From the NCBI GenBank assembly GCA_963822965.1, contig CAWGJT010000005.1:224001-288000 (forward strand): a stretch of DNA of 64,000 nucleotides. The letters run 5' to 3'. The stretch is from an uncultured delta proteobacterium (lineage in GTDB: Bacteria > Myxococcota_A > UBA9160 > UBA4427). The notes under the pieces are model-generated. The model saw only the letters and a list, made by a program, of their open reading frames with translations. It ran no database searches and was not told the DNA's origin. Position numbers and translations under genes: made by a program. Below, piece after piece: positions 50,110 through 61,698 of the stretch. Each line of letters opens with the position of its first letter. Within the stretch, counting starts at the first letter, position 1.

Positions 50110-50860
50110 TCAGCCGCGCGTCCGGTCCGATCAGGAGCGTCGGGACGCCGTGCGTGCGGCTGCGGACCGTGCAGACCCGCGGTTCCGGGCTTGTGGCCGG
50201 GGCGCGATCTCGGACACGTCGAAGCCCTCGCCGGCCAGACGCGCCCGCAGGCCGCGCACGTCCGCCGCGCGCCAGGCCAGACCCCCGAAGCGGTCCCGAT
50301 CACCCGCGAAGGCCTCCGGGCCGCCCTCGATCCGGGGCGCCCCCGCGAGGGCGCCCACCACCTCGACGGTGACGCCGGCGACGCGAAAGAAGAGGATCTG
50401 GATGCCCCCGCTTCTCGAACGCCCGGTCGAGGGCGAGGCGGAGCCCCAGCTCGCGGCCGTAGAGCGCCCGAGCCGCCTCGAGGTCCCCCGTCGAGACCAC
50501 CACGTGGTCGAGATGCGCGACCGCGACGTCGGGCGCGACGAACGGACGCGAGGGCGGGGGCGCGTCCACGGCCTCGGGCGCCAGCCCGATGGGGAGGCCG
50601 CGGGTCCGGTCGGCTGGCAGCCACGCAGGCGTCTCCCGGCCGTCCTCCTGGAAGACGAGCCCCGCGACGCCCGACGGCGGCGGCGCCGGCGCGTCGGCCG
50701 GCCAGGCCTCGCGCGGGACCAGCTCGAGCAGCGTGTTGTCGAGTCCGAAGCGCGACACCGAGCCCCCGACCTCGTAGGCTTCGCGTCCCAGCAGCAGGCG
50801 GTAGTCCGCCGTCGCCGCTTCCGCGTCGTCCACGGCGACGATCACCCGATGGAGCCTCAC
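50110..50860 (-). CDS. VOC/glyoxalase two-domain protein (frameshifted; end approximate)
   Basis: HRVIVAVDD.EAA...Y..LLG, NTLLELV, LDHVVVST.DLEAA..LYG..LGLRLALDR, GVPTLLI. Confidence 0.75.
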
Positions 50861-50926
50861 GATCGCTGCGACAGAACCCGTCCCGGTGGAAGGCATGCCG
50901 GTAGAATAGGAGACGTGGGCTTCGCT

Positions 50927-52329
50927 ATGCCCTGCGAGATGTCCAGACACCCGGCCGGGAGGGGACCCGCGGCGACCCAGGCTTCCTGGGCCGCGCTGCT
51001 GGCGGCGGCTTGTCTCGCCTTCGGCTCCCTGGGCGCCGTCGGCTGCCGCGACCGCCAGGAGCAGCCCGCCCGACCTGCTGCTGGTGACGGTGGATTCCCT
51101 GCGCGCCGACTTCCTCGTCTGCTACGGCGGAGAGGCAGGCGTCGGCACCCGCATCTGCTCGTTGGCCGACGAGGGCACCCGCTACGCGTGGGCGTTCTCC
51201 ACCGCCTCGAGCTCGGCGCCGGCCATCGCCTCGATCCTCACCTCGCGCTATCCGACCGAGCACGGTGTCGACGCCTCGGCCGCCACCTTCCTGCGGGACG
51301 AGCTGCCCACCCTGGCCGAGGAGCTGGCGCGGGCGGGCTACGCGACGGCCGCCTTCGTCAGCAGCCCCGAGCTGAACCGCTCGCGCAATCTGCAGCAGGG
51401 CTTCGAGGTCTACGACGACCGCACGACGCGTACCGGCAGTCTCGGACTCCCCCAACGCAGCGCCAAGGAGACCACGGACGCGGCGCTCGCCTGGCTGAGC
51501 GAGCACGGCGACGCGGAGCGCCCGTGGTTCGTCTGGGTCCACTACCGCGAGCCCCACGGCCCCTACGAGGCGCCGGCACCACCGGAGCCGGCGGGCCCGA
51601 GCGGGTCCAGGCCCACGGCCCGGGGAACGCCTGCGAGTGCTGCCCACCGCCACGGGACGCGGCGGCATCCCGTCGTACCAGGCCATTCCCGGTCTCTTCA
51701 CGCGCGAGGGCTACGAGGCCCGCTATCGCGCCGAGATCCGCCGCGTGGACGCCCAGCTCGCGCGCCTGCTGATCGAGCTGGAACGCCGCGACCGGCGGCT
51801 GGGCGTCCTCGTCACCGCCGATCACGGGGAGGCCTTCGGCGAAGACCGCTGGTACCTCTGCCACGGCCACTCCCTGAGCCTCGATCAGATCCGCGTTCCC
51901 CTGATCTGGCGGCCACCGGGCGGCGGGCCGCCCGACGAGATCCGGGTGGCGGTGAGCACGCTCGACGTGGCCCCGACCCTGCTGCAGGCGGCCGGGCGCC
52001 CGGTGCCCGAATCGTTCCGCGGCTGGCTGCTGCCGGGCCCGAACGATCCGCCCGGCGCACCGGAGCAGGCGCGGACGATCTTCGCCGTGCATCCGCAGTA
52101 CGTGGCGGTGGTGAGCGGCGACAACTACTACGCGCGCCGGCGCGTACCGGCCTCCGACGTGCCGCCGGGACATGACCCCGGAGTATCTGCGTGCGGTGGC
52201 GAGCGCGGACGGCGAACCTCGACCGCAGGCCAGGACGCCCTGCCCGCCTACGAAGACGCCCGCCCGAGCGGCATCACCCCGCTGCTCGAGCCCGCGGTCG
52301 TCGACTTCCTGGCCGGCCGCGAGCCATGA
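50927..52329 (+). CDS. Sulfatase-like/alkaline phosphatase superfamily lipoprotein (frameshifts near 51070 and 51630)
   Basis: AVGC lipobox, LLVTVDSLRAD, ASILTSRYP..HG, WVHYREPHGPY, TADHGEAFGE, DVAPTLL. Confidence 0.8.
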
Positions 52330-53980
52330 GCGCCGGCGCCCCGGCGGCGCGGGACGCCTCTCGACGGCGCTTCGGGACGGCGCGGGGAGGTGTCTGGCCG
52401 CTGGTGCTGCTGGCGGCTCTCGCCTTCCACTGCGACGCTCCGCGCCCTCGACCCCGCCCGCCGAGCCGCGGCGCGACGCGGACGCACCGTGGATCGACCT
52501 GACGGTGGGAGGCATCCCGGCCGCCGACCGCGACCTGCTGGTGCTGCCGCCGTCCGGCTTCCTCGTGGACGTGAGCTGGCCCGCGTCTGCGCCCGTCGAT
52601 CCGCGAGGGCTCGCGGTCCGGGTCCGGCCCTGGTCCGGAGGCGAGAGCCTGGATCTGGGCGCCCCCGTCGTGCGACGTCCCGACGGCGCCACCTTCGCGG
52701 TGCCCGACGGCCGGGCCCTGGCGCCGGGCAGCCACACGATCTGGGCGAGCGCGGCGCTGCCGCGAGGCGGATCGCAGTCCGTCGGCCTCGCGGTCGCCGT
52801 GCGCGAGCCGCACGTCCCCGCGCCCCTGGCGGCCGGCCAGTGGATCCAGCTCGACTTCGACGTGGACCGGGACGGCGACTCGCTGGCCGACTTCCCCACC
52901 GACCTCGCGACCTTCGGGCTCGCGGGGGGCCGATCGGTCTCCCTGGACATGCGGGTCGAGGCCTGGGTGATCGACGAGATCGTGGCCCGGACCCAGGCCT
53001 TCTACGATCCCAATCCGAGCCGCCTGCCGGGCGGCGACCCCCTGAACGTGACCTTCAGCGCCGACCCGCCGCTCTCGGGCCCGTTCACGCGAATCTGTGT
53101 CGCCGGCGAGGCACCCGACGACGGCGACGCGCTGGGCAACGTGCTGCTCGATCCGGGCAACGCCGATCCCGGGGACGTGGCCTGCGACGACGCCCTGCCC
53201 TCGGGCGTGTTCCCGCGCGAGCTCACCCACTACCAGGAGGATCCTGCCTATCAGCGCGCGTTCGCCCCGCTGCTGGAACGGCCGCCGGGCGCCGATCCCC
53301 TGGACTACGCGGTGCTGGGCGGGCCCTACGATCCCCATTCGTCCGCCCAGCGCGAGCGCCTGGCGGAGCTGCAAGCCGGCGTCGAGACCTTCGCGCAGGT
53401 GGTGGCGAGCATCGCCGCCCACGAGGCTGGACACGCCATGGGACTGGTCCCACCCGGGGCGCCCGGAAGGGGCCTCTACGGCGGCGAGATCGGTGTCGAG
53501 TACACCCACAACCTGACCGCCGGAGGCGAGGTTCCAGCGGAGAGCCTGCTCATGAACCCCGGACCGTCGTTCTCGTTCGAGACCCTGGCGGGAGCCGACG
53601 ACCGGTCGCTGCCGCGAATGCGGGCGCTGAACTTCGCCTACCTGCAGGGCCGCGTGCTGCTCGACCCGACGATCGACGGCATCCATCCACCTCCGATCGT
53701 CGACGCCGTCTCCCCCGACGTGATCTCCAGCGACGAAGGGGTGATGGCGGTGCTGGAGATCGCCGGACGCGGCTTCCGCTCGCCACCGGGGGTGGTGCTC
53801 GCGGGGACGACCGAGGTGGTGGTGAGCCGGCCCGCGATCGTCGAGGGTCACGGCGAGGTCCCCGACCGGATCATCGGAAGCGTGCTGGCCCCGGCCCTGC
53901 TGCCGGGACGCTATGACGTGCAGGTCCGCAACCCGGACGGCCAGACCTCGACGGGACGCGCGATGCTGGAGGTGCGCTAG
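52326..53980 (+). CDS. Exported zinc metallopeptidase-like protein with C-terminal IPT/TIG-like domain (frameshift near 52455)
   Basis: Signal-like VLLAALAFHC, HEAGHAMGL, LLMNPG, DVDRDGDSLAD loop, P.V..VSP...GRGF...GRYDVQVRNPDGQ. Confidence 0.6.
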
Positions 53981-54120
53981 CCCAATGCGTCATTCAGTGG
54001 CAGGCATTGGGAGTTGCGTCCGGATCCGCACGACGGATCAGGGCTAGCCCGCCGACCCGGAATGGGCGGGCTCGCGCCGCAGGACGAAGTCTCGGGTCAC
54101 GCTCCGAGTCGGTGCCTGCT

Positions 54121-55182
54121 TCACAGGTCCCAGAAGAAGTCCTCGTTCGTGAGCTCCTTCTCGTCCTCCTCGGCCCGGGGGCGGGCGCGGTCCGGGTCGT
54201 CGGAGACGAGGGACTCCCCGCGCCGGATCCGCTCCACCTGCTCGCACAGGTCGCGGGTCTCGTTCGCCCAGTACTGCTCCGTGCCGAAGTGCGGAAAGGC
54301 GTCCGGGAAGGCCGGATCGCTCCAGCGCTTCGCGATCCAGCCCGCGTACCACACGAAGCGGAAGCCCCGCAGCGGCTCGACGAGCCGAAGGCTGCGCTCG
54401 TCGAAGTCCCGGAACTCGCGATACGCGTCGACGAGCAGGCTGCGCTGGCGGGCGGCGACGGCGTCGCGACCCGGAAGCAGCATCCACACGTCCTGCACCG
54501 CCGGTCCCGTCACCATGTCGTCGAAGTCGAGGAAGAACCAGCCCGCGTCCGGGCCGCGCAGCAGGTTGCCCGCGTGGCAGTCGCCGTGGATCGGGTGCAG
54601 CGCGACCCCCTGCGAGAGGTCCCGGTAGATGCGCCACCAGATCCAGGGTGGCCTCGCGATAGGCGTGGGCGCACGACGGGGGCAGGAACTCGCCCTCTTC
54701 GAGCAGGGAGAGCGCCGCCAGCGGAAAGTCCCTCGTCGAGAGTCGGCCGGTGCGGGCATCTCGAGGGCGGCCCCCACGTTGTGGATGCGCGCCAGCAGGC
54801 GGCCGAGCACCGCGACCTCGGCGTCCGAGAGCTCGTCCGGCGAGCGTCCGCCCGTGCGCGGCCAGACCGCGTGGAAGATCCCCTCCACCTCGTGCAGCGT
54901 CTCCCCGTCCGGAAACACCAGGGGCGCGCACACGGGGATCTCCGCCTCGCGCAGGGCGGAGAGCATGCGGTGCTCGTCGAGGATCGCCTCTCGCGACCAG
55001 CGGCCGGGGCGGTAGAACTTCGCCACCACGTGGGACCCGTCCTCGAGGCGCAGGTCGAAGACGCGGTTCTCGAGAGCGTTCAGCGCCGTGCAGTGGCCCG
55101 TGGGACGGAGCCCCGCGGCCTCCACCGCTTGCAGCACACGATCGGGCGAGAGGCGGAAGAAGGACTCGTCGAGTGCGGGCAT
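54121..55182 (-). CDS. srkA: Stress-response Ser/Thr kinase SrkA/RdoA-like (two compensating frameshifts at 54630-54750)
   Basis: [19 protein letters not shown]...[40 protein letters not shown]. Confidence 0.9.
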   Translation of the reverse strand: MPALDESFFRLSPDRVLQAVEAAGLRPTGHCTALNALENRVFDLRLEDGSHVVAKFYRPGRWSREAILDEHRMLSALREAEIPVCAPLVFPDGETLHEVEGIFHAVWPRTGGRSPDELSDAEVAVLGRLLARIHNVGAALEMPAPADSRRGTFRWRRSPCSKRASSCPRRAPTPIARPPWIWWRIYRDLSQGVALHPIHGDCHAGNLLRGPDAGWFFLDFDDMVTGPAVQDVWMLLPGRDAVAARQRSLLVDAYREFRDFDERSLRLVEPLRGFRFVWYAGWIAKRWSDPAFPDAFPHFGTEQYWANETRDLCEQVERIRRGESLVSDDPDRARPRAEEDEKELTNEDFFWDL

Positions 55183-55203
55183 GCCGGGCGAGTCTACACG
55201 AAA

Positions 55204-55232
55204 TTGCCCCGTGCAATCGGTTTCGTTAGATT
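55204..55232 (+). promoter_or_regulatory. Putative sigma70 promoter of ecm (TTGCCC-N17-TAGATT)
   Basis: AT-richer divergent intergenic region with 17-nt spacing. Confidence 0.4.
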
Positions 55233-55324
55233 TCACGGTCACTTACCGCTCGGCTCCCCGGTCCCGGGACGATCCGGGCCGTGATCCGAAGCCGCAACCC
55301 GACCCCGGAATCCGAGAGGGCGCA

Positions 55325-57317
55325 ATGACCGCACCCGAACGCGACCGTCCCTGGCTGATCCGCACCTACTCGGGCCATTCGTCGGCCCACGCCAGCAACG
55401 CCCTGTACCGCGCGAACCTCGCGAAGGGACAGACGGGGCTCTCCGTCGCCTTCGATCTGCCGACCCAGACCGGCTACGACGCCGACCACCCCCTGGCCCG
55501 GGGCGAGGTGGGCAAGGTGGGCGTGCCGATCTCCCACATCGACGACATGAGCCAGCTGTTCGACCAGATCCCCCTCGACCGCATGAACAGCAACCTGACG
55601 ATCAACGCCACCGCCGCCTGGCTGCTCGCGCTGTACACGGCGGCCGCCGAGCGACAGGGCGTCGATCCGAGCCAGCTCCAGGGCACGACCCAGAACGACA
55701 TCGTGAAGGAGTACCTCTCCCGGGGCACCTACGTGTTTCCGCCGGAGGCGTCCCTGCGCCTGATCTCCGACATGGTCACCTACACCGTGGACGCCATCCC
55801 GAAGTGGAACCCGGTGAACGTCTGCTCGTACCACCTGCAGGAGGCCGGGGCGACGCCCGTGCAGGAGATGGCCTATGCGATGGCCACCGCCGTGGCGGTG
55901 CTCGACGCCGTGCGGGGCCGGGACGACGTGCCCGAGGAGGCCCTCCCGCGCGTCTTCGGCCGCATCTCCTTCTTCCTGAACGCGGGCATCCGCTTCATCG
56001 AAGAGGTGTGCAAGTGCCGCGCGATGCGCGAGCTGTGGGACGAGCTCGGCCGGGAGCGCTACGGCATCGAGGACCCGAAGATGCGCCGCTTCCGCTACGG
56101 CGTGCAGGTGAACAGCCTGGGTCTCACCGAGGCGCAGCCCGAGAACAACGTCATCCGGATCGTGCTGGAGGCCCTCGGCGTCACCCTCTCGAAGGACGCG
56201 CGCACGCGCAGCCTGCAGCTTCCCGCCTGGAACGAGGCCCTGGGCCTGCCGCGCCCCTGGGACCAGCAGTGGTCCCTGCGCATCCAGCAGATCCTGGCGT
56301 ACGAGACCGACCTGCTGGAGTACCCGGACATCTTCGAGGGCTCGAAGGTGGTCGAGGGCCGGACGGCCGAGCTCAAGCACGAGGCGCAGGCCGAGCTGCA
56401 GAAGGTGCTGGACATGGGCGGCGCCGTCGCGGCCATCGACAACGCATACATGAAGCAGCAGCTGGTGGAGTCCAACACCACGAGGGTGCGCGCCATCGAG
56501 TCCGGCGAGCTGACCGTCGTGGGCGTGAACCGCTTCACGGAGACGGAGCCCTCGCCGCTCACCGCGGCCGGCGCCGAGTCGATCCTGGTGGTGGACGAGT
56601 CGGCCGAGCGCGAGCAGATCGAGCGCCTGCGGGCCTTCCGCAGCAAGCGCAACGACGCCGAGGCGAAGGCCGCCCTCGCGAACCTGCGCGACGTGGTGGG
56701 GAACGGCGGCAACGTGATGCCGCCTTCGATCCGCGCCGCGCACGCGGGGGTCACCACCGGCGAGTGGGCCGACACCCTGCGCGACCTGTTCGGCGAGTAC
56801 CGGGCGCCCACCGGCGTGGGCGGCGTGCGGGCCTCGGAGCCCACCGAGCACGTGAAGCGCATCCGGCAGCGGGTGGACGAGGTGTCGGCGCGGCTCGGAC
56901 GGCGGCTCAAGCTGCTGGTGGGCAAGCCCGGCCTCGACGGCCACAGCAACGGCGCCGAGCAGATCGCCGTGGCGGCCCGGGACGTGGGCATGGAGGTGGT
57001 CTACGACGGCATCCGCCTCACCCCCGAGCAGATCGTCGCCTCCGCGCGGGACGAGGGCGTGCACGTGATCGGCCTGTCGCTCCTCTCGGGCTCCCACGGC
57101 GTGCTCGTGATCGACGTGCTCGAAGCGGCTCGCGGACGTGGGGCTCGCAGGCGTCCCGGTGGTCGTGGGCGGCATCATCCCCGAGGCCGACGCCGCCGCG
57201 CTGCGGGAAGCGGGCGTGAAGCGCGTCTACACGCCGAAGGACTTCGACCTGACGCGCATCATGGGCGAGATCGTCGAGCTGGTCGCGGAGTCGGTTCCGG
57301 ACGGCAATGACCACTGA
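55325..57317 (+). CDS. ecm: Ethylmalonyl-CoA mutase (MeaA/Ecm), B12-dependent (frameshift near 57125)
   Basis: [77 protein letters not shown]; true C-terminus in the shifted frame (VVGGIIP...YTPKDF). Confidence 0.92.
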
Positions 57318-58340
57318 GCGGGACCCGGGCGCCGGGTCCGCCGACCTGGCGGACCGCCTGCTGGCGGGAGATCGCGGGGCCGTGGCGCCGGCCCTGAACC
57401 TGGTCGACGACCAGCGGCCCGCCGCGCGGCGCGAGAGCCTGCGCACTGCTCGACACCTTGCAGCGACACGCCGACGCCCTGCGCGCGCGACGCGTGGGCA
57501 TCACCGGCGCGCCGGGCGCGGGCAAGTCCACCCTGCTCGACGCCCTGGTGCGCAGCCTGCGGCCGCGCGGACGCAGCGTCGGCATCCTGGCCGTCGACCC
57601 CTCGAGCCGGCGTACCGGCGGCGCGCTGCTCGGCGACCGCTTCCGGGTCCGTTCCGGGCGCGGGGGACGACGGCGTCTTCCTGCGCTCGATGGCCGCGCG
57701 CAACCGCCTGGGCGGCCTGTCGGACGCCACGGCCTCGAGCATCGAGATCCTGTCGGCGGTCTTCGACTACGTCTTCGTGGAGACCGTGGGCGTGGGCCAG
57801 TCCGAGAGCGAGATCACCGCACCTGGTGGACACCCTCGTCTTCGTCGCGCAGCCGGACGCCGGGGACACGCTGCAGTTCATGAAGGCCGGCATCCTCGAG
57901 GTGCCCGACGTGTTCCTGGTGAACAAGTCCGACGTGGGCGCCGCGGCGCGCGCGAACCGCGCGGGAGCTGGCCTCCGGCCTCGGCCTCGCCGCCGCGCGC
58001 GGCGACGACTGGAAGCCGCCCGTGCTGCTGGCGTCGGCCCGGGACGGCGGCGGCATCGACGAGCTGGTGGAGACCCTCGAACGACACCACCGGCACGCCG
58101 AGACCACCGGTGCGCTGGCCGAGCGACGACTCGAGGGACGCGTCCACTGCGTCGAGCAGGCGCTCCTGGCCCGCTACGGCAGCTTCGGCCTCGAGCGCGT
58201 CGGCGCTCGCGAGGCCCTCGAGGTGCGGGTGCGCGAGGCCTGTCTGGAGTCGGTCGCTTCCCTCGTCGACGAGCTCGCCGTCGGAGATCGAGGACGCGCT
58301 CGCGAAGCCGGGCGTGCGGCCGCCGGAACGGGTGGGCTGA
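57307..58340 (+). CDS. meaB: MeaB/ArgK GTPase chaperone of B12 mutases (several frameshifts)
   Basis: [56 protein letters not shown]. Confidence 0.9.
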
Positions 58341-58349
58341 GGGGACGGG

Positions 58350-58592
58350 ATGCGGATCCTTCGCCACATCCTGCTGGCGCTGCTCGCGTCGCTGCTCGCG
58401 GGGCTGGTGATCGGCACCGTGATCCGCCTGCGGCTCGAGCGACCGACGCGCTACTTCGTGGAGTCGTCCCCGACGCAGCCCGCACACGCCGGCGAGGTGG
58501 CTTCAGCCTGCGGGGCGCGGACGCCAGGGGACGTCGGGCCGGCTCGCCCGCCGGTTCTCCACCCGGGCCATCACGAAGAGCAGGTCGGATAG
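58350..58592 (+). CDS. Small hypothetical membrane protein
   Basis: MRILRHILLALLASLLAGLVIGTVIR; overlaps the convergent gene by 90 bp. Confidence 0.4.
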   Translation: MRILRHILLALLASLLAGLVIGTVIRLRLERPTRYFVESSPTQPAHAGEVASACGARTPGDVGPARPPVLHPGHHEEQVG

Positions 58593-59063
58593 GCGGTTCA
58601 GGTAGCGCAGAGCGAGCCCGCCCAGCGGCTCCTCGCCGTCCAGCCCGACGGCGGCCCGCTCGGCCCGGCGACACACGGTGCGCGCCACGTGGAAGGTCGC
58701 CGCCGCCGGGGTGCCGCCGGGCAGGATGAAGCTCGAGAGCGGCTCGAGCTCCCCTTCCAGGCGGTCGATCTCGGCTTCCAGGGTCTCGACGTCGGCAGCG
58801 GTCACCTCGGGCACGGACGCCTTGCGGCGATGGGCCGCGTCCGGCGTCGCGAGGAAGGAGCCGAGGTCGAAGAGCGTGCTCTGGATCCGGCGTCCGAGGT
58901 CGATCAGGTCGGACTGGACGCTGGTCGCGATCGCCGCCCCCAGCGAGGCGTTGAGCTCGTCCACCTGTCCGTAGGCTTCGACCCGGATGCTCGCCTTGCG
59001 GACCCGATCTCCGCCGAAGAGATCCGTTTCGCCGGCGTCTCCGCGGCGCGTGTAGATCTTCAC
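58503..59063 (-). CDS. PduO-type ATP:cob(I)alamin adenosyltransferase
   Basis: KIYTRRGDAGETDL, AYGQVDELNA, FILPGG, ARTVCRRAER, YLNRLSDLLF. Confidence 0.95.
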   Translation of the reverse strand: MKIYTRRGDAGETDLFGGDRVRKASIRVEAYGQVDELNASLGAAIATSVQSDLIDLGRRIQSTLFDLGSFLATPDAAHRRKASVPEVTAADVETLEAEIDRLEGELEPLSSFILPGGTPAAATFHVARTVCRRAERAAVGLDGEEPLGGLALRYLNRLSDLLFVMARVENRRASRPDVPWRPRPAG

Positions 59064-59643
59064 GATCCGGCGAGCTCTTCGTCGACCAGCCGTTCGAGCT
59101 CGGCGTCGCTCAGCCGGGAGGCCGACCTGCCGGGCAGGCGGGGGGCGGAGGAGTCCGGCGTCCGCGGTGCGGCCGGCGGCGCGGGAGCGCCACCGCCTCC
59201 GGCGATGCGATGGATGACGAACGCCACCAGCGCGCCACCGAGGAGGAAGCCGGCCACCGGGATGACGTACGCCGAGATGCCCCAGCCTCCTTCGGCCCGG
59301 GGCTCCTGGCGCATCACGTCGCCGAAGCGCTCGAAGAGCACCTTCTCGATCTCGCTCCCGCGACTGTCCCGCCGCGGCCTGGAACAGGATCCACTGGCGG
59401 AGCTCGTCGGCCTGGGGGCTCGGGCACGCGGCCAGGGTCCGTCCCGGACAGAAGGGACTCATCAGGTCGTGCGCCATGGAGTACGCCCATTCGGGCGGCC
59501 CCGACACGCCTGTACCGGTGGGGTCCTGGGCGAGCGAGGGCACCTGCGCCCCAGCGGCGCCCGCCACCGCCAGCAGCGCCGCGGCGGCCAGCGCAGCGCG
59601 CAGCAGACCGTGAATGGTTCGCTTCGTCCTTCGCGAATTCCAT
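59060..59643 (-). CDS. CcmH/NrfF-like exported thiol protein (frameshifted)
   Basis: LMSPFCPGRTLAACPSPQA..LR..I, LFERFGD...EP...WG..AYVIP + TM; start inferred at ATG 59643. Confidence 0.65.
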
Positions 59644-59675
59644 CGGCTGCGCTCCCCCCTTCCTCACGGCGTCCC

Positions 59676-60593
59676 TCACAGGTCCCAACGCAGCTGGACC
59701 GCCGACTGCCGCTCCGGACTCTGGGGCCGCACCACGTAGCGGGCCGGCTCCGCCACCACCTGCGACCCGGGCGGCACCGACTCGGTGAGCCACACGTTGC
59801 CGCCGATCACGCTGCCGGACCCGATCACCGTCTCGCCGCCGAGGATGGTGGCCCCGGCGTAGATCGTCACGTCGTCCTCGACGGTGGGGTGGCGCTTCTG
59901 GCCGCGCAGGGCCCGGCTGTCTCGCAGGGAGGCGGCGCCCAGGGTGACGCCCTGGTAGAGGCGCACCCGGTCGCCGATCTCGGCGGTCTCGCCGATCACC
60001 ACCCCCGTGCCGTGGTCGATGAAGAAGTTGCGCCCGATGCGGGCGCCGGGATGGATGTCGATGCCCGTCCGATCGTGGGCGTACTCGCTCATGATCCGCG
60101 GCAGCAGCGGGACCTCGAGCCGGTACAGCTCGTGGGCGATGCGGTGGATCGAGAGCACCCGGATGGCCGGGTAGGCGAGCACGATCTCCTGCAGGCTGTT
60201 GGCCGCGGGGTCGCCGTCGTAGCAGGCCTGCAGGTCCTGGGCGACGAGCGCCCGGATGGCGGGCAGGCGCTCGACGAAAGACAGGGTGAGCTCCCGGGCC
60301 GACGTCCCCGGCGCCATCTCGAGGCGCTCGAGCAGGGTCTCGAGCCGCTCGGCGACGACCGGCACCTCCGAGCGGAGCACCGATCGGTCGCTCTGGAAGC
60401 GGATCAGCCGATCCGCGCGCTCCGCCCAGGCCTGCACCTGGTTCGGATCGAGGATTCCGGGACAGACCGCCTGGGAGAGCGCGTCCTCTCCGCAGGCGGA
60501 GAGGGCCTCGATGGTGCGAGCGAAGATCTCCCGCGTGCGCGTGCCGCGCGCGCCGTCCGCTCGAGCGTGCTCGTCTGAGGACTCTGCGACCAT
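59676..60593 (-). CDS. cysE: Serine O-acetyltransferase (EpsC-type)
   Basis: GDPAA, EYAH.RTGIDIHPGA.IG..FFIDHGTGVVIGET, YQGVTLG, KRHPT. Confidence 0.93.
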   Translation of the reverse strand: MVAESSDEHARADGARGTRTREIFARTIEALSACGEDALSQAVCPGILDPNQVQAWAERADRLIRFQSDRSVLRSEVPVVAERLETLLERLEMAPGTSARELTLSFVERLPAIRALVAQDLQACYDGDPAANSLQEIVLAYPAIRVLSIHRIAHELYRLEVPLLPRIMSEYAHDRTGIDIHPGARIGRNFFIDHGTGVVIGETAEIGDRVRLYQGVTLGAASLRDSRALRGQKRHPTVEDDVTIYAGATILGGETVIGSGSVIGGNVWLTESVPPGSQVVAEPARYVVRPQSPERQSAVQLRWDL

Positions 60594-60711
60594 GCCGGCT
60601 CCTGCGCCTCCCCCGGAGCCAGGGAGCTTAGCAGGACGCCGAAAATCCCGGCGGCGAGGGCTCCACGACGCGCACGAGATCCTATAATCGCGCGAATCCG
60701 GGGGGGTCTGC

Positions 60712-61619
60712 GTGTCCGAGCTGTACAGCCATTCGCGCCTGCGCTGCTTCGAGAACTGCCCCAAGCAATTCCACTTCCGCTACGTGCTGAAGATCCCCCA
60801 GGAGACGGAGGGCATCGAGGCGTTCGTGGGCAAGCGGGTCCACGAGGTGCTCGAGCGGCTCTACGTCTTCGTCGGGCGCGGCATGCTCCCGAGCCTGCCC
60901 CAGGTGCGGCGCCGCTTCGAAGAGCTGTGGGACGCCGAGTACGACCCCGACCGCGTCCGGGTGGTGCGCGAGGGCACGCCGCCGGCCTTCTACCGGGAGC
61001 TCGGCGCCCAGTGCCTCGAGACCTACTACCGCGCCCACTACCCCTTCGACGCGGACGAGACCCTGGCCGTCGAGGAGCGCGTCGTCTTCGACCTCGCACC
61101 GGACACGGCGCCCGGCGTCTATCGCATGCAGGGCATCATCGACCGGGTCTCGCGCGCCGCCGATGGCACCATCGAGATCCACGACTACAAGACGGGACGC
61201 TACGTGCCCTCGCAGAAGACGCTCGACGAGGATCGCCAGCTGGCCCTCTACCAGATCGGCGTGGGCCACCGCTATGGACCCGACCGGCCGGTGCGGCTGG
61301 TGTGGCACTACGTGGCCCGGGGCGCACTCCGTCACTCCACCCGTACGCCCGAGCAGCTCGCGGCGCTGCGAACGCAGACCGCGAAGGTGATCGACCGGAT
61401 CCGAGAAGAGGAGTGCTACCCGGCCAAGAAGAACCCCCTGTGCGACTGGTGCGAGTACCGCTCCCTGTGCCCGGCCTGGAACGACCAGACGGCGGAGCCG
61501 CCGCCCACACCTTCCGGACGAAGCCGCCGCCCACATCTTCCGCGCAGCCGCCGCCCACATCTTCCGCGCAGCCGCCGGCGACGCCCGTGAGCGAGCCGCG
61601 CCAGCTGTCGCTGCTCTGA
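60712..61619 (+). CDS. PD-(D/E)XK nuclease, AddB/Cas4-like with four Cys; probable frameshift near 61515 giving a ...QLSLL C-terminus (61590 if unshifted)
   Basis: YSHSRL..F..CP, G..VHEVLE, GIIDRV, IHDYKTG, QLALY, CDWCEYRSLCP. Confidence 0.88.
61496..61577. repeat. 24-bp tandem repeat (AGCCGCCGCCCACATCTTCCGCGC), about 3 copies
   Basis: One 26-nt variant unit, two exact units and a partial unit. Confidence 0.9.
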
Positions 61620-61698
61620 ACGGAACGGATGGCGCGTCGGGCGGGCGCGCGCCGGAACGGCTGATCTCCCGGGGGATCCGGCGCTAGAGTCGCCGATC

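Noticed and set aside
55200..55324. Cobalamin riboswitch upstream of ecm
   Set aside because: The region is short and I see no B12-box consensus.
60712..61619. CRISPR-associated cas4
   Set aside because: No cas1/cas2 or array nearby; better described as a solo PD-(D/E)XK nuclease.
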